The notes below the pieces were generated by a model. That model saw nothing but the letters and a program-made list of their open reading frames with translations, was not told the DNA's origin and ran no database searches. The position numbers and the translations under genes are program-made. 64,000 nt of DNA, from the NCBI GenBank assembly GCA_964482335.1, contig CAYZXA010000001.1, forward strand, positions 24,983-88,982, in the 5' to 3' direction. Position 1 is the stretch's first letter. Every line of letters starts with the position of its first letter. This DNA is from an uncultured Candidatus Saccharibacteria bacterium. GTDB taxonomy: Bacteria; Patescibacteriota; Minisyncoccia; Minisyncoccales; MHMH01. This document shows, one piece after another, positions 9,361 through 19,337 of the stretch.

Positions 9361-9365
9361 TTTCC

Positions 9366-9390
9366 TTGACAGTGATTTTTGTGATATAAT
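9366..9390 (+). promoter_or_regulatory. putative promoter with extended -10
   Basis: TTGACA (9366-9371) and TGATATAAT (9382-9390). The spacer is only 13 nt, so the extended -10 probably dominates. Confidence 0.4.
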
Positions 9391-9392
9391 AA

Positions 9393-9566
9393 GAGTAGCC
9401 CCGCTCATTTCTAGCAGATTCTGGGACAAACGTTCTTTTCGGGAGTCCTATATCTTGTAGTGCTTTCCATAGTGACTACATTGCGGACACCCACTTAAAT
9501 CATTTTCCAGAAGAATTCTCTAGAAAAGGCAGGGCTCAAAAAATCCGGCAAGCGCCGGACTTTTTG
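9393..9566 (+). ncRNA. ssrS: candidate 6S-like structured RNA
   Basis: Rod-like fold. Helices: 9397-9404/9529-9536, 9408-9414/9520-9526, 9419-9424/9507-9512. Central bubble 9425-9440 versus 9493-9506. Upper stem 9441-9448/9485-9492 and apical hairpin 9456-9461/9475-9480. It has its own promoter and terminator. Confidence 0.4.
9544..9566. terminator. bidirectional intrinsic terminator
   Basis: TCCGGC-AAGC-GCCGGA hairpin flanked by an A-run upstream and a T-run downstream. It can serve both the plus-strand RNA and the minus-strand rpmB-tRNA-Pro unit. Confidence 0.6.
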
Positions 9567-9573
9567 AATACTT

Positions 9574-9644
9574 TCGGGCTGCTGGGAATTGAACCCAGTT
9601 CGCAGAGCCCCCAGCTCTGCATAATACCAATATACCACAGCCCG
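9574..9644 (-). tRNA. tRNA-Pro (anticodon GGG), no encoded CCA
   Basis: The reverse complement folds as CGGGCTG/CAGCCCG acceptor, anticodon stem CAGAG/CTCTG, loop CTGGGGG and T-arm TGGG-TTCAATT-CCCA. Confidence 0.85.
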
Positions 9645-9645
9645 T

Positions 9646-9834
9646 TTATTTCTTTTTTGTTATTGTTTTGATGCATCTGGCACAGGCTTTGACTCTTTTA
9701 CCAGAAGCTAAAGTTACCCATTGGAGATTTGGGTATTTTCTTTTTTTAATGGTTGGATTGTACTTTCCCCTGAGTTTCTTTAATTTCCAAACCATCTTGC
9801 CTGTTTTTCCGCAGATAGCGCATTGTTTAGCCAT
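9646..9834 (-). CDS. rpmB: 50S ribosomal protein L28 (Zn-binding form)
   Basis: MAKQCAICGKTGKMV...KACARCIK matches L28. Confidence 0.9.
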   Translation of the reverse strand: MAKQCAICGKTGKMVWKLKKLRGKYNPTIKKRKYPNLQWVTLASGKRVKACARCIKTITKKK

Positions 9835-9891
9835 GTATCAACATTCTATCAGAGTTTTTTATTTTTTTCAAGTTATGATAGCATTAGGATA

Positions 9892-10509
9892 ATGGAAGTT
9901 TTATTTTTAATTGTTATTTTAATTTTTTCCATTGTTATTCATGAAGTCTCTCATGGGGCAATGGCAAATCATTTAGGTGATCCGACAGCTAAATATGCCG
10001 GCCGGCTTACCTTGAATCCACTCAAACATTTAGATCCAATTGGTTCTGTTATTGTGCCGGTTTTTTTAATTCTTACGACGGGTACAGGCATTGGTTGGGC
10101 AAAGCCAGTACCAATTAATCCCTCAAATTTTCGAGACCAAAAATACGGTTCTTTAAAGGTAGCTATTGCTGGTCCTGGGGCAAATTTAGTTGTAGCCTTG
10201 ATTTTCGGATTAGTTATTCGTTTCGGCTTTACTTTTTTGCCCGGTAGCTTAATTTCTATTTTCTCTTCAATTGTCTTCCTTAATATACTTTTAGCTGTGT
10301 TCAATTTAATACCTATTCCTCCTTTAGATGGTTCACATGTTCTTTTTACTTTTTTACCTTATTCAATGCAAAACATAAAAATATTTCTAAGCCAATTTGG
10401 TTTTTTCATTTTAATTTTTCTTATTTTCTTTTTTCCGTGGTTTCGTAGTCTTTTGTTTTATATTGTTAATTTCATTTTTTCTTTCATTGTTGGCGCACCA
10501 CTATATTAA
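9892..10509 (+). CDS. M50-family site-2 protease-like membrane metalloprotease
   Basis: HEVSHG zinc motif in TM1, a later NLIPIPPLDG motif, and the start MEVLFLIV preceded by AGGAT. Confidence 0.7.
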   Translation: MEVLFLIVILIFSIVIHEVSHGAMANHLGDPTAKYAGRLTLNPLKHLDPIGSVIVPVFLILTTGTGIGWAKPVPINPSNFRDQKYGSLKVAIAGPGANLVVALIFGLVIRFGFTFLPGSLISIFSSIVFLNILLAVFNLIPIPPLDGSHVLFTFLPYSMQNIKIFLSQFGFFILIFLIFFFPWFRSLLFYIVNFIFSFIVGAPLY

Positions 10510-10552
10510 CTGACATTTTATTGGTCGAGGATTAGCTTCGATCACTTTTATA

Positions 10553-10581
10553 TTGACGAAAGCTCTTATTTCTGTTAAATT
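10553..10581 (+). promoter_or_regulatory. putative str-operon promoter
   Basis: TTGACG, 17 nt, TAAATT, just upstream of rpsL. Confidence 0.4.
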
Positions 10582-10588
10582 ATAAAAT

Positions 10589-10999
10589 ATGCCAACAATT
10601 CATCAACTGATTAAAAAGGGTAGGAAAAAAACAAAAAGGCGAACACAGGCGCCTGCTTTAGAATTTGGTTTTAATATTTTAAGAAATAGGCCAAAGACCT
10701 ATGCATCTCCTTTTAAGAGAGGGGTTTGTTTAAAAGTCTTTACAGCTACTCCCAAAAAGCCAAACTCTGCCTTGAGAAAAGTAGCCAGAGTTCGTTTGAC
10801 CAACGGCATGGAAGTAACCGCCTATATTCCTGGCGAAGGTCATAATCTACAAGAGCACTCAGTTGTTTTAATTCGAGGGGGCAGGGTTAAGGATTTGCCT
10901 GGCGTTAGATATCATGTTATCAGAGGTGTTTTAGATAGTGGCGGAGTAGAAGGTCGTAAAAGAGAAAGAAGTAAATACGGTACTAAAAAGACAGAATAA
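10589..10999 (+). CDS. rpsL: 30S ribosomal protein S12
   Basis: [12 protein letters not shown]...[10 protein letters not shown] is universal S12 sequence. Confidence 0.97.
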   Translation: MPTIHQLIKKGRKKTKRRTQAPALEFGFNILRNRPKTYASPFKRGVCLKVFTATPKKPNSALRKVARVRLTNGMEVTAYIPGEGHNLQEHSVVLIRGGRVKDLPGVRYHVIRGVLDSGGVEGRKRERSKYGTKKTE

Positions 11000-11001
11000 T
11001 T

Positions 11002-11469
11002 ATGGCCAGAGGTAAGACAATAAAAAGAGAAATAGCGCCCGATCCTGTTTACAGCAATGTAATAGTCAGCAAGTTCATCAATCAGATTATGAGAAAAGGT
11101 AAAAAAACCATTGCTCGTAAGATTGTTTACCGAGCTTTTGATATTATTAAAGAAAAGACCAAAAAAGATCCTTTGGAGGTTTTTGAAAAAGCCTTGCAAA
11201 ATGCTTCTCCTTTGCTGGAAGTTAAGTCAAAAAGAGTTGGTGGGGCTACCTACCAGGTACCAAGAGAGGTTAGAGGTGACAGAAGAATGACCCTAGCTAT
11301 GAGATGGATTATTACTGCTGCCCGTTCTAAAAAAGGCAGGCCAATGAGAGAGAAATTGGCAGAAGAATTAATTTTAGCTTCTAATAATGAAGGAACAGCT
11401 ATTAAAAAGAAGGAAGATACCCACCGCATGGCTGAAGCTAACCGTGCTTTTGCTCATTTTGCCTGGTAA
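11002..11469 (+). CDS. rpsG: 30S ribosomal protein S7
   Basis: S7 sequence (DPVY...GGATYQVP...ANRAFAHF) in str-operon order. Confidence 0.97.
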   Translation: MARGKTIKREIAPDPVYSNVIVSKFINQIMRKGKKTIARKIVYRAFDIIKEKTKKDPLEVFEKALQNASPLLEVKSKRVGGATYQVPREVRGDRRMTLAMRWIITAARSKKGRPMREKLAEELILASNNEGTAIKKKEDTHRMAEANRAFAHFAW

Positions 11470-11474
11470 TTACT

Positions 11475-13565
11475 ATGCCAAGAAAATATCCAATTGAAAA
11501 AATTAGAGATATTGGCATTATTGCCCACATTGACGCCGGTAAAACTACTATGACCGAGCGAGTTTTATTTTACACCGGTATCTCTCATAAGATTGGTGAG
11601 GTTCACGAAGGAAAAGCCATTATGGACTGGATGGCTCAAGAAAGAGAAAGGGGTATTACCATAACTTCAGCTGCTACCACTTGTTTTTGGAAAACAGGAA
11701 AAGGAGACGAACATAGTATCAATATTATTGATACACCCGGCCACATTGATTTTACAGCTGAAGTGCAAAGGTCTTTAAGAGTTTTAGACGGGGCTGTTGT
11801 TGTTTTTGACGGAGTGGCTGGCGTTGAGCCCCAGTCAGAAACTGTCTGGCGTCAGGCAGACAAATTTAAAGTTCCTCGCATCTGCTTCATTAACAAATTA
11901 GATAGAGTTGGCGCTTCTTTTGAGAAAAGCTTGGGTTCAATCTGGGAGAAATTAACTCCTAATGCTGTAGCCATGCAGATTCCCATTGGGGTCGAAGAGA
12001 AGCTCGAAGGAGTTATTGACCTTTTAACCATGAAAGCTTTGAGATTTGAAGGAGATTTTGGTCAGAATCTCAAAGAAGAAGAGATCCCTAAAGATTTGGC
12101 AGAAGAAGCCAAGAAGTGGCAAGAGAAATTGATTGAAAAGATTGCTGCTGAAGACGAAAAGTTGCTTGAAAACTATTTGGCTGGTAAAGAACTTTCAGTT
12201 GATGAGTTGAGAAAAGTTTTAAGGAAGGCGGTTTTAGAATATAAGTTAGTACCGGTCTTTTGCGGTTCTGCTTTAAAAAATAAAGGAATACAGGCAGTGC
12301 TTGATGCGGTCATCTATTATCTGCCTTCACCAAATGATTTACCGCCAGTCAAAGGCACTGATCCCAAAACAGGCAAAGAGGTTGAAAGAAAACCAGAGGA
12401 CAAAGAGGCTTTCTCTGCTTTAGCTTTCAAAGTAGCCACTGATCCTTATGTTGGTGCTCTGACTTATTTTAGGGTTTATTCCGGCACTTTAAAAAAAGGC
12501 TCCTATATTTTAAATACAAGCACTTCAGAGAAAGAAAGGATTGGCCGTATTTTAAGAATGCATGCTGCAGAGAGAGAAGAGGTGTCCGAACTCTTTACTG
12601 GTGATATTGCTGCCACCATTGGCTTAAAAAACACTTCAACCGGCCATACTTTGTGCGATGAATCGCATCCCATAGTTTTGGAGAAAATTGTCTTTCCTGA
12701 ACCGGTTATTTCTATTCGTATTGAGCCAAAGACAAAAGCTGACCAGGAGAAAATGGGTCTGGCCTTGAAAAGACTTTCTGAAGAGGATCCAACTTTTCGG
12801 GTCAAGGGAGACATTGAGACTGGTGAAACAATTATTTCTGGCATGGGCGAGCTGCACTTGGAAATTATTGCTGATAGAATGAAAAGAGAATTCAAGGTAG
12901 AAGCTTCTGTCGGCAGGCCCCAAGTAGCTTACAAAGAAACAATTAAAAATGAGGCAGAAGCTGAAGGAAAATATATTCGTCAGTCTGGCGGCCGGGGTCA
13001 ATATGGTCATGTTTGGCTGAAAGTTGAACCTAAAGATAGGGGACAGGGTTTTGAATTTATCAATGAGATAAAAGGAGGCATCATCCCTCAAGAATTCATT
13101 CCAGCTGTCGGAAAAGGAGTCAAAGAAGCTATGGACAAGGGAGTGGTCGCTGGCTACCCCATGGTTGATATACAAGTTACTTTATATGATGGTTCTTATC
13201 ATGAGGTTGATTCTTCTGAGGTGGCTTTTAAAATAGCTGGTTCCCAGGCCTTGCAGTCAGCTTGTAAAAAAGCTAAAGCTGTGCTTCTAGAACCTGTTAT
13301 GAAACTGGAGGTAGTCGTGCCCTCTGGCTTCTTAGGAGATGCTATTGGTGATTTATCAGCTCGTCGGGGAAAAATACAAGAAACCAAAGATAGGCTCAAC
13401 ACGAAAATTGTTGATGCTAAAGTGCCTTTGTCTGAGATGTTCGGTTATGCTACATCCTTGAGGTCATTGACTGAAGGCAGGGGAACCTTTACTATGGAGT
13501 TTGACAAGTATGAGGAAGTGCCTCAGAACATAGCTCAAGAAATAGTTGAAGGTAAACGCAAATAA
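11475..13565 (+). CDS. fusA: elongation factor G
   Basis: [10 protein letters not shown]1 motif, DTPGH, and full EF-G domain order. Confidence 0.97.
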   Translation: MPRKYPIEKIRDIGIIAHIDAGKTTMTERVLFYTGISHKIGEVHEGKAIMDWMAQERERGITITSAATTCFWKTGKGDEHSINIIDTPGHIDFTAEVQRSLRVLDGAVVVFDGVAGVEPQSETVWRQADKFKVPRICFINKLDRVGASFEKSLGSIWEKLTPNAVAMQIPIGVEEKLEGVIDLLTMKALRFEGDFGQNLKEEEIPKDLAEEAKKWQEKLIEKIAAEDEKLLENYLAGKELSVDELRKVLRKAVLEYKLVPVFCGSALKNKGIQAVLDAVIYYLPSPNDLPPVKGTDPKTGKEVERKPEDKEAFSALAFKVATDPYVGALTYFRVYSGTLKKGSYILNTSTSEKERIGRILRMHAAEREEVSELFTGDIAATIGLKNTSTGHTLCDESHPIVLEKIVFPEPVISIRIEPKTKADQEKMGLALKRLSEEDPTFRVKGDIETGETIISGMGELHLEIIADRMKREFKVEASVGRPQVAYKETIKNEAEAEGKYIRQSGGRGQYGHVWLKVEPKDRGQGFEFINEIKGGIIPQEFIPAVGKGVKEAMDKGVVAGYPMVDIQVTLYDGSYHEVDSSEVAFKIAGSQALQSACKKAKAVLLEPVMKLEVVVPSGFLGDAIGDLSARRGKIQETKDRLNTKIVDAKVPLSEMFGYATSLRSLTEGRGTFTMEFDKYEEVPQNIAQEIVEGKRK

Positions 13566-13566
13566 C

Positions 13567-13767
13567 ATGGATTTAAATGAAATTAGACAATTTATTGAAG
13601 AAGAGGGAGGGAAATTTATCATTGTTGAAAACGGCAAGCCAGTCATGGTTATTACTTCTTTTGAAGATTATAAAAAAAAGAAGTTAAGTCCGGAGAAAAA
13701 AGCGAAGAAGCTAGTTTCAGCTGAATCAGAAGAAGAGGACTTGAAGATCGAAGATTTGCCATTTTAG
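13567..13767 (+). CDS. Phd/YefM-antitoxin-like small protein with an acidic tail, inserted between fusA and tuf
   Basis: MDLNEIRQFIEEEGGKFIIVENGKPVMVITSFEDYKK resembles the Phd/YefM N-terminal fold. The ATG lies 1 nt after the fusA stop. Confidence 0.45.
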   Translation: MDLNEIRQFIEEEGGKFIIVENGKPVMVITSFEDYKKKKLSPEKKAKKLVSAESEEEDLKIEDLPF

Positions 13768-13769
13768 TA

Positions 13770-13798
13770 TTGACATTTCCTTTTTAGTTTATTAAGAT
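13770..13798 (+). promoter_or_regulatory. putative tuf promoter
   Basis: TTGACA, 17 nt, TAAGAT. Confidence 0.5.
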
Positions 13799-13840
13799 AA
13801 TAATTAGTAATAATAATTAATCATTAATCAAATAAAAATT

Positions 13841-15040
13841 ATGGCAGAGAAAGAAAAATTTGTTAGAGGAAAACCCCACGTTAATATTGGGACTATTGGT
13901 CATGTTGACCATGGCAAAACTACACTAACAGCGGCCATCCTTCACGTGCTTAAACTAAAGGGTTTCCATGTGTCGGAGAAAAGCGTGGATCAAATTGATT
14001 CCGCTCCAGAAGAGAAAGCTCGTGGTTTGACCATTGCAGTTTCTCACTTAGAGTACGAAACCGAAAAAAGGCATTATGCCCATATTGACTGCCCAGGTCA
14101 TGCTGACTACATTAAAAACATGATTACTGGTGCTGCTCAGATGGATGGTGCTATTTTGGTCGTTTCTGCTCCTGATGGACCTATGCCTCAGACCAGAGAG
14201 CACATTCTTTTAGCTCGTCAGGTTGGTTTGCCTTCAATCGTTGTTTTTTTAAACAAGTGCGATGCGGTTGATGACCCAGAAATCATTGATTTAGTTGAAT
14301 CAGAGGTCAGAGAACTTTTAAAGAAATATAAGTACCCGGGAGATGAAATTCCAATTATCCGTGGTTCAGCTCTTAAGGCCTTAGAGGCTAAATCAGCTGA
14401 CGATGAGGCAGCCAAGCCAATCTTAGATTTAGTTAAGGCTTTGGATGAATCTATTCCTGAGCCGGTTCGTGAAATTAACAAGCCCTTCTTGATGGCAGTG
14501 GAGGATGTTTTCTCTATTGCTGGTAGAGGTACTGTGGCTACGGGCCGAATTGAAAGAGGTATTGTCAAATCTAATGAAGAAATAGAATTAATTGGCATCC
14601 GACCAACTGCTAAAACTACTGCTGTCAGTGTTGAGATGTTTAACAAGATATTGGACGAAGGAAGAGCTGGTGACAACGTTGGTGTTCTCTTGAGAGGGCT
14701 TAAGAAAGAAGACGTAGAAAGAGGGCAAGTTTTAGCCAAGCCCAGTTCCATTACCCCTCATACCGAATTTGAAGGTGAGATTTATATTTTGACTAAAGAA
14801 GAAGGAGGTCGTCACACTCCTTTCTTCCCTGGCTACAAGCCACAGTTTTACATTAGAACGACTGATGTGACAGGTGATGTTACTTTACCAGAAGGCACAG
14901 AAATGGTTATGCCTGGAGATACGGTTAACTTAAAGATTAAGTTAATTGCTCCAGTGGCTTTGGAGGAACAGCAAAGATTTGCTATTCGTGAAGGTGGTAA
15001 AACAGTTGGCGCAGGCGTTGTTACAAAAATAATTAAATAA
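13841..15040 (+). CDS. tuf: elongation factor Tu
   Basis: [18 protein letters not shown] motifs over the full length. Confidence 0.98.
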   Translation: MAEKEKFVRGKPHVNIGTIGHVDHGKTTLTAAILHVLKLKGFHVSEKSVDQIDSAPEEKARGLTIAVSHLEYETEKRHYAHIDCPGHADYIKNMITGAAQMDGAILVVSAPDGPMPQTREHILLARQVGLPSIVVFLNKCDAVDDPEIIDLVESEVRELLKKYKYPGDEIPIIRGSALKALEAKSADDEAAKPILDLVKALDESIPEPVREINKPFLMAVEDVFSIAGRGTVATGRIERGIVKSNEEIELIGIRPTAKTTAVSVEMFNKILDEGRAGDNVGVLLRGLKKEDVERGQVLAKPSSITPHTEFEGEIYILTKEEGGRHTPFFPGYKPQFYIRTTDVTGDVTLPEGTEMVMPGDTVNLKIKLIAPVALEEQQRFAIREGGKTVGAGVVTKIIK

Positions 15041-15381
15041 TGCCTAAAAAAAAGAAAGAAGCTACCGAGGTAGAGGTTCGCCCCAAGCTGCGTATTAAGC
15101 TTCGGGCTTATGATCATAAGGTCATTGATAAGAGTGCTCGCGAGATCTGTGAGACGGCTTTGCGTTACGGCTCTGAGATTTTAGGGCCGGTTCCTTTGCC
15201 AACAGAAATTCACAAGTATACGGTCAACCGGTCAAGTTTTGTGCACAAGGACGCAAGAGAGCAGTTTGAGATGAGAGTGCATAAAAGACTGATTGATATC
15301 TTAAATCCTTCCTCAAGAGTGATAGATGCTTTAACGAGCTTAACCTTGCCAGCCGGTGTTGATATTGAGATCAAAATGTAA
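15040..15381 (+). CDS. rpsJ: 30S ribosomal protein S10
   Basis: [14 protein letters not shown]...PLPT...VNRSSFVHK is S10. It carries a short basic N-terminal extension. Confidence 0.95.
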   Translation: MPKKKKEATEVEVRPKLRIKLRAYDHKVIDKSAREICETALRYGSEILGPVPLPTEIHKYTVNRSSFVHKDAREQFEMRVHKRLIDILNPSSRVIDALTSLTLPAGVDIEIKM

Positions 15382-15449
15382 TATAATAAAAATGGCGGTG
15401 AATACCAAATCTTAAAATCTTAATTCATCTTAAATAGCCAGAGGAAATA

Positions 15450-15469
15450 CCGGGCTATGCCCGGTTTTC
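15450..15469 (+). terminator. terminator-like hairpin between rpsJ and rplC (possible attenuator)
   Basis: CCGGGC-TAT-GCCCGG followed by TTTTC, 12 nt before the rplC ATG. Confidence 0.4.
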
Positions 15470-15480
15470 TATTGAAAAGT

Positions 15481-16071
15481 ATGAAATTTATCCTTGGATT
15501 AAAATTAGAAATGTCTCAGGTATTTGACGAGAAAGGGAATATAGTTCCTGTAACTTTGATTGAAGCAGGGCCTTGTACCGTAACTCAGATTAAGACAAAA
15601 GACAAAGACGGCTATGATTCTTTGCAAATCGGTTTTAAAAAAATAGAGAAAAAAAACAAGATTAAAAAACCAATGAAGAAAAAGCCGTTTCGTTTTCTGC
15701 GGGAGTTCCAAGACGGTGAACATAAGATAGGGGCTGAAATTGATGTTTCTCTTTTCCAAGAAGGGGACATGGTTAAGGTTTCTGGAGTGTCAAAAGGAAA
15801 GGGTTTCCAGGGAGCCGTTAAAAGATGGGGGTTTTCTGGCAGAGATGCCACTCATGGCGTTAAGCACGAGCATCGTACCTTAGGTTCGGTTGGTACAACC
15901 GGTCCTCAAAGAGTCATTAAGGGAAAGAAGATGCCAGGCCGCATGGGTCAAGACCGAGTGACTGTTAAAAACTTAAAAATTGTCAGAATTGACAAAGAGA
16001 ACAATTTATTAGCAGTTAAGGGAGCTGTGCCTGGGAAAAGGGGCACACTTTTAGAAATTTATGAAGGTTAA
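15481..16071 (+). CDS. rplC: 50S ribosomal protein L3
   Basis: MKFILGLKLEMSQVFDEKGN...FQG is L3. The track ORF start at 15457 lies inside the hairpin. Confidence 0.95.
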   Translation: MKFILGLKLEMSQVFDEKGNIVPVTLIEAGPCTVTQIKTKDKDGYDSLQIGFKKIEKKNKIKKPMKKKPFRFLREFQDGEHKIGAEIDVSLFQEGDMVKVSGVSKGKGFQGAVKRWGFSGRDATHGVKHEHRTLGSVGTTGPQRVIKGKKMPGRMGQDRVTVKNLKIVRIDKENNLLAVKGAVPGKRGTLLEIYEG

Positions 16072-16690
16072 TTTCTATGATCAGCAGGGTAAACAAGCAG
16101 GTCAAACCTTACTACCAAAGGAGATTTTTGATGTGAAGTTTAACCCAGATTTAGTTCATCAGGTGGTTGTTTCTCAAATGGCCAATCGTCGCCAAGTTAT
16201 TGCTCATACTAAAGGCAAAGGAGAAGTGAGGGGTGGCGGCAGAAAACCTTGGCGGCAGAAAGGTACGGGCAGAGCCAGAGTAGGTTCAATTCGTTCGCCA
16301 ATTTGGCGAGGGGGCGGTATAACTTTCGGTCCAACCAAAAAAAGAGTATTTAAGAAAAAGATTAACAAAAAAATGAAGAGAAAAGCTCTTTTGATGGTTT
16401 TGTCAGCCAAAGCAAAGAATAACTCGCTCATTTTGATGGACGCTTTAAAGATTGAAAAACCCAAGACACAATTAATGGCTGAGATATTAAGGAAACTGCC
16501 GTGCAAAGAAAGAAGTTCTTTGATCGTTTTACCTGCTATAAATCAGAATATTATTAAAGCTACTAAGAACCTTTCTCAATCTGAAACAATCCAGGCAAAA
16601 GATTTAAATACTTTAGATTTACTTAATTTTAAATATTTAGTTATGCCAAAAGAGGCAATTAAAATAATAAAACAAACCTTTTTGAAATAA
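16061..16690 (+). CDS. rplD: 50S ribosomal protein L4
   Basis: GGGRKPWRQKGTGRAR motif. Confidence 0.95.
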   Translation: MKVNFYDQQGKQAGQTLLPKEIFDVKFNPDLVHQVVVSQMANRRQVIAHTKGKGEVRGGGRKPWRQKGTGRARVGSIRSPIWRGGGITFGPTKKRVFKKKINKKMKRKALLMVLSAKAKNNSLILMDALKIEKPKTQLMAEILRKLPCKERSSLIVLPAINQNIIKATKNLSQSETIQAKDLNTLDLLNFKYLVMPKEAIKIIKQTFLK

Positions 16691-16692
16691 TC

Positions 16693-17145
16693 ATGGCTTT
16701 ATTAGATATTTTTAGAAAAAAGAAGAAGGTGGAAGAGAAAAAGAAAGAAAAGAAAGTTAAGAAAATAGCAAAGAAGATTGTTGAGAAACCCAAAGTTAAG
16801 CCTGTCAAAAAAACCAAAGCTCCGGTTAAGGCCAAAATTCCTGTAAGGCCCAAGAAAATCTCTGAAGTAGCTCCTAGAGTTTTGGAAAAGCCTCATGTGA
16901 CAGAGAAAGCTACTGATTTAACCAAAAACAATCAATATGTTTTCAAAGTTTTTCCAAGAAGCAACAAGAAAGAGATAACCAAAGCGATTGAGGATCTTTA
17001 CGGAGTAGATGTGGTTTCAGTTAAGATTGTTAATATTCCTCGCAAAGCACGAAGGTTGGGCAGGGTTGAAGGCTGGAGAAAGGGATACAAGAAAGCCATT
17101 ATTAAGGTAAAAGAAGGCCAAAAGATAGAAGTTTTACCAAGGTAA
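16693..17145 (+). CDS. rplW: 50S ribosomal protein L23 with a lysine-rich N-terminal extension
   Basis: The C-terminal 90 aa are L23 (YVFKVFPRSNKKEITKAIEDLYGV). The first roughly 55 aa are K/E/P-rich. Confidence 0.9.
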   Translation: MALLDIFRKKKKVEEKKKEKKVKKIAKKIVEKPKVKPVKKTKAPVKAKIPVRPKKISEVAPRVLEKPHVTEKATDLTKNNQYVFKVFPRSNKKEITKAIEDLYGVDVVSVKIVNIPRKARRLGRVEGWRKGYKKAIIKVKEGQKIEVLPR

Positions 17146-17148
17146 AAT

Positions 17149-17949
17149 ATGTTGAAGAATCAATCGACAAAAGAAGACTTTAAAATGTTGACTAAGAAAA
17201 AGCCTGAAAAGAGGTTAGTTTTGAGATTGCAGCAAAAGGCTGGCAGAGCTACTTCTGGCAGGATAACAGTCAGGCACAAGGGCGGCGGAGCTAAAAAGCT
17301 TTACCGTATTATTGATTTCGGCCAAGAGAAACTCAATATAAAAGCAAAAGTTATCAGCTTAGAATACGATCCCTATCGTACCTCTTTCATTGCTCTCTTG
17401 GAATATGAAAATGGCGACAAGCGCTACCGTATAGCTCCCCAGCATTTAAAAGTTGGCGACGATGTTATTTGCCAAGAGAAAGCTGATTTAAAGCCTGGCA
17501 ACCGCATGAAATTAAAGAATATTCCTGTGGGTACCATAGTTTACAATATTGAGATTATTCCAGGTGGAGGCGGTAAACTAGCGAAAGGAGCAGGTACTGG
17601 GGCTGAAGTTTTGGCCCACGAAGGAAAATATGCTCATTTGGAAATGCCTTCTACCGAAGTCAGACAAATACTTCAGGAATGTTTTGCTTCGGTTGGCGCT
17701 GTCTCCAGGCCGGAAAAGCGTTACATGAAATTAGGCAAAGCAGGGAGGGCTCGCCATAGGGGTCGAAGGCCTTCTGTCAGAGGTACAGCTATGGTTCCTG
17801 CTGATCATCCGCATGGCGGAGGAGAAGGGAAAGCGCCAATTGGCTTAAAATACCCAAAGACTCCTTGGGGCAAGCCAGCGTTAGGAGTTAAAACAAGAAA
17901 GAGGAGATGGACAGATAAATATATTATTCAAAGAAGACGTAAGAAATAA
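17149..17949 (+). CDS. rplB: 50S ribosomal protein L2
   Basis: [13 protein letters not shown] and the HPHGGGEGK motif. The start could be 17185. Confidence 0.95.
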   Translation: MLKNQSTKEDFKMLTKKKPEKRLVLRLQQKAGRATSGRITVRHKGGGAKKLYRIIDFGQEKLNIKAKVISLEYDPYRTSFIALLEYENGDKRYRIAPQHLKVGDDVICQEKADLKPGNRMKLKNIPVGTIVYNIEIIPGGGGKLAKGAGTGAEVLAHEGKYAHLEMPSTEVRQILQECFASVGAVSRPEKRYMKLGKAGRARHRGRRPSVRGTAMVPADHPHGGGEGKAPIGLKYPKTPWGKPALGVKTRKRRWTDKYIIQRRRKK

Positions 17950-17950
17950 T

Positions 17951-18286
17951 ATGGCAAGAAGTCTTAAAAAGGGTCCGTATGTGGCCCAAAAACTATTAAA
18001 GAAGATTAAAGATTTAAAGCCTGGCACTAAAACCATTATTAAGACCTGGTGCAGGGCGTGCACCATTACTCCGGAGATGGTTGGCTTTACTTTTGGTGTA
18101 CATAATGGCAAAGAACATGTGCCAGTCTATATTTCAGAAGATATGGTCGGTCACAAATTAGGTGAGTTTGCTTCAACCACCAAATTCGGCAGGCACGGTG
18201 GCAGAATGCAGAGAGAAACGGAGGCAAAACAAACCGAGCAAGAAGCAGCCAAATTAGAAGAAGCAAAAGGAGAAAAATCAGAATAA
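17951..18286 (+). CDS. rpsS: 30S ribosomal protein S19 with a charged C-terminal extension
   Basis: [11 protein letters not shown]...[11 protein letters not shown]...GHKLGEF. Confidence 0.95.
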   Translation: MARSLKKGPYVAQKLLKKIKDLKPGTKTIIKTWCRACTITPEMVGFTFGVHNGKEHVPVYISEDMVGHKLGEFASTTKFGRHGGRMQRETEAKQTEQEAAKLEEAKGEKSE

Positions 18287-18290
18287 TTTT

Positions 18291-18704
18291 ATGCCTTTTC
18301 AAGCCACTTTACGATATTTAAGAATAGCTCCCAGGAAAGTCAGGTTGGTCGCTGACTTGATTCGCGGTAAGTCAGTTGAGCAGGCTCAGACTGTTTTGAA
18401 ATTCACTATTAAGGGAGCAGCTCTTCCTTTATTAAAGCTTTTAAACTCAGCTGCAGCTAATGCTAAGAGCAAAGAGTCCTCTGCCAGCAACCTTTACATA
18501 TCAAAGATTACTGTTGATGAAGGGCCAAAGTACAAAAGATGGATGCCTCGAGCTAGAGGCCAGGCCTATGAAATACAGAAGAGAACCTCTCACGTGACTA
18601 TAGTTTTATCAGAGATTAAGAAAAAGGTAGCCCAAAAACCCAAAAAGAAAAGCCGTAAGCTTTCCGTAGAAAAGGCTAAAAAAACTAAAAAACATGTCAC
18701 ATAA
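18291..18704 (+). CDS. rplV: 50S ribosomal protein L22 with a basic C-terminal tail
   Basis: LRIAPRKVRLVADLIRGK is L22. Confidence 0.95.
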   Translation: MPFQATLRYLRIAPRKVRLVADLIRGKSVEQAQTVLKFTIKGAALPLLKLLNSAAANAKSKESSASNLYISKITVDEGPKYKRWMPRARGQAYEIQKRTSHVTIVLSEIKKKVAQKPKKKSRKLSVEKAKKTKKHVT

Positions 18705-19335
18705 AGTTCACCCCAAAGCATTTCGCTTAAAGGATTCTCAGGATTGGGATTCCCGCTGGTTAAGCAAGAAAAAGCTTCCTCAGTATTTGGAAGAGGATTT
18801 TAGAATTAGAGAGTTTTTAGAAGAGAAGTTAAAAGATAGTGCTGTTGAGCGTATTGAAATTGAAAGATTTCCCGGCAAAGTTAATGTTATTATTAACAGC
18901 GGCCGACCTGGTTTAATTATTGGCCGGGGAGGCAAAGGAGCTGAGGAGTTAAAGAAAGAAATAGAAAGAATTCTGCCCTCAAAAGAAAAAAGAGAATTAA
19001 GAATCGAAATTAGAGAGATTAGAAATGTCTGGGCTTCAGCTTCTCTGGCTTCTCAATGGATCAGCCAGCAGTTAGAGAAACGAATGCCTCACCGCCGGGT
19101 TATAAGGCAGGCTATGGAAAAGATTATGGCCAGTAAAGAAGTCAAAGGAGCCAGGATTGAGATTTCCGGGAGATTAAGTGGTTCAGAGATTGCCAGAAGA
19201 GAATGGCTTAAAAAAGGTCGTTTGCCGCGTCAAACCTTGAGGTCAATTATTGATTACAAGCAAAGTGAAGCTTTTTGTACTTACGGTGTGATTGGCGTTA
19301 AGGTTTGGATTTACAAAGGAGAAAAGTTTGACTAA
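18694..19335 (+). CDS. rpsC: 30S ribosomal protein S3
   Basis: [10 protein letters not shown] and the KH-domain sequence GRGGKG. Confidence 0.95.
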   Translation: MSHKVHPKAFRLKDSQDWDSRWLSKKKLPQYLEEDFRIREFLEEKLKDSAVERIEIERFPGKVNVIINSGRPGLIIGRGGKGAEELKKEIERILPSKEKRELRIEIREIRNVWASASLASQWISQQLEKRMPHRRVIRQAMEKIMASKEVKGARIEISGRLSGSEIARREWLKKGRLPRQTLRSIIDYKQSEAFCTYGVIGVKVWIYKGEKFD

Positions 19336-19337
19336 AT

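Noticed and set aside
9668-9892. 74-aa plus-strand ORF opposite rpmB
   Set aside because: It is antisense to a clear L28 gene and has a hydrophobic nonsense-like composition. The true M50 protease start is at 9892.
12503-13175. Antisense ORFs inside fusA, and similar ones inside tuf (14218-14751), mreB (41028-41612), pheT, gyrB, rplK and others
   Set aside because: These are shadow ORFs on the opposite strand of strongly supported conserved genes, with no RBS and low-complexity or odd composition. The same applies to the other 60-110 aa minus-strand entries in the track.
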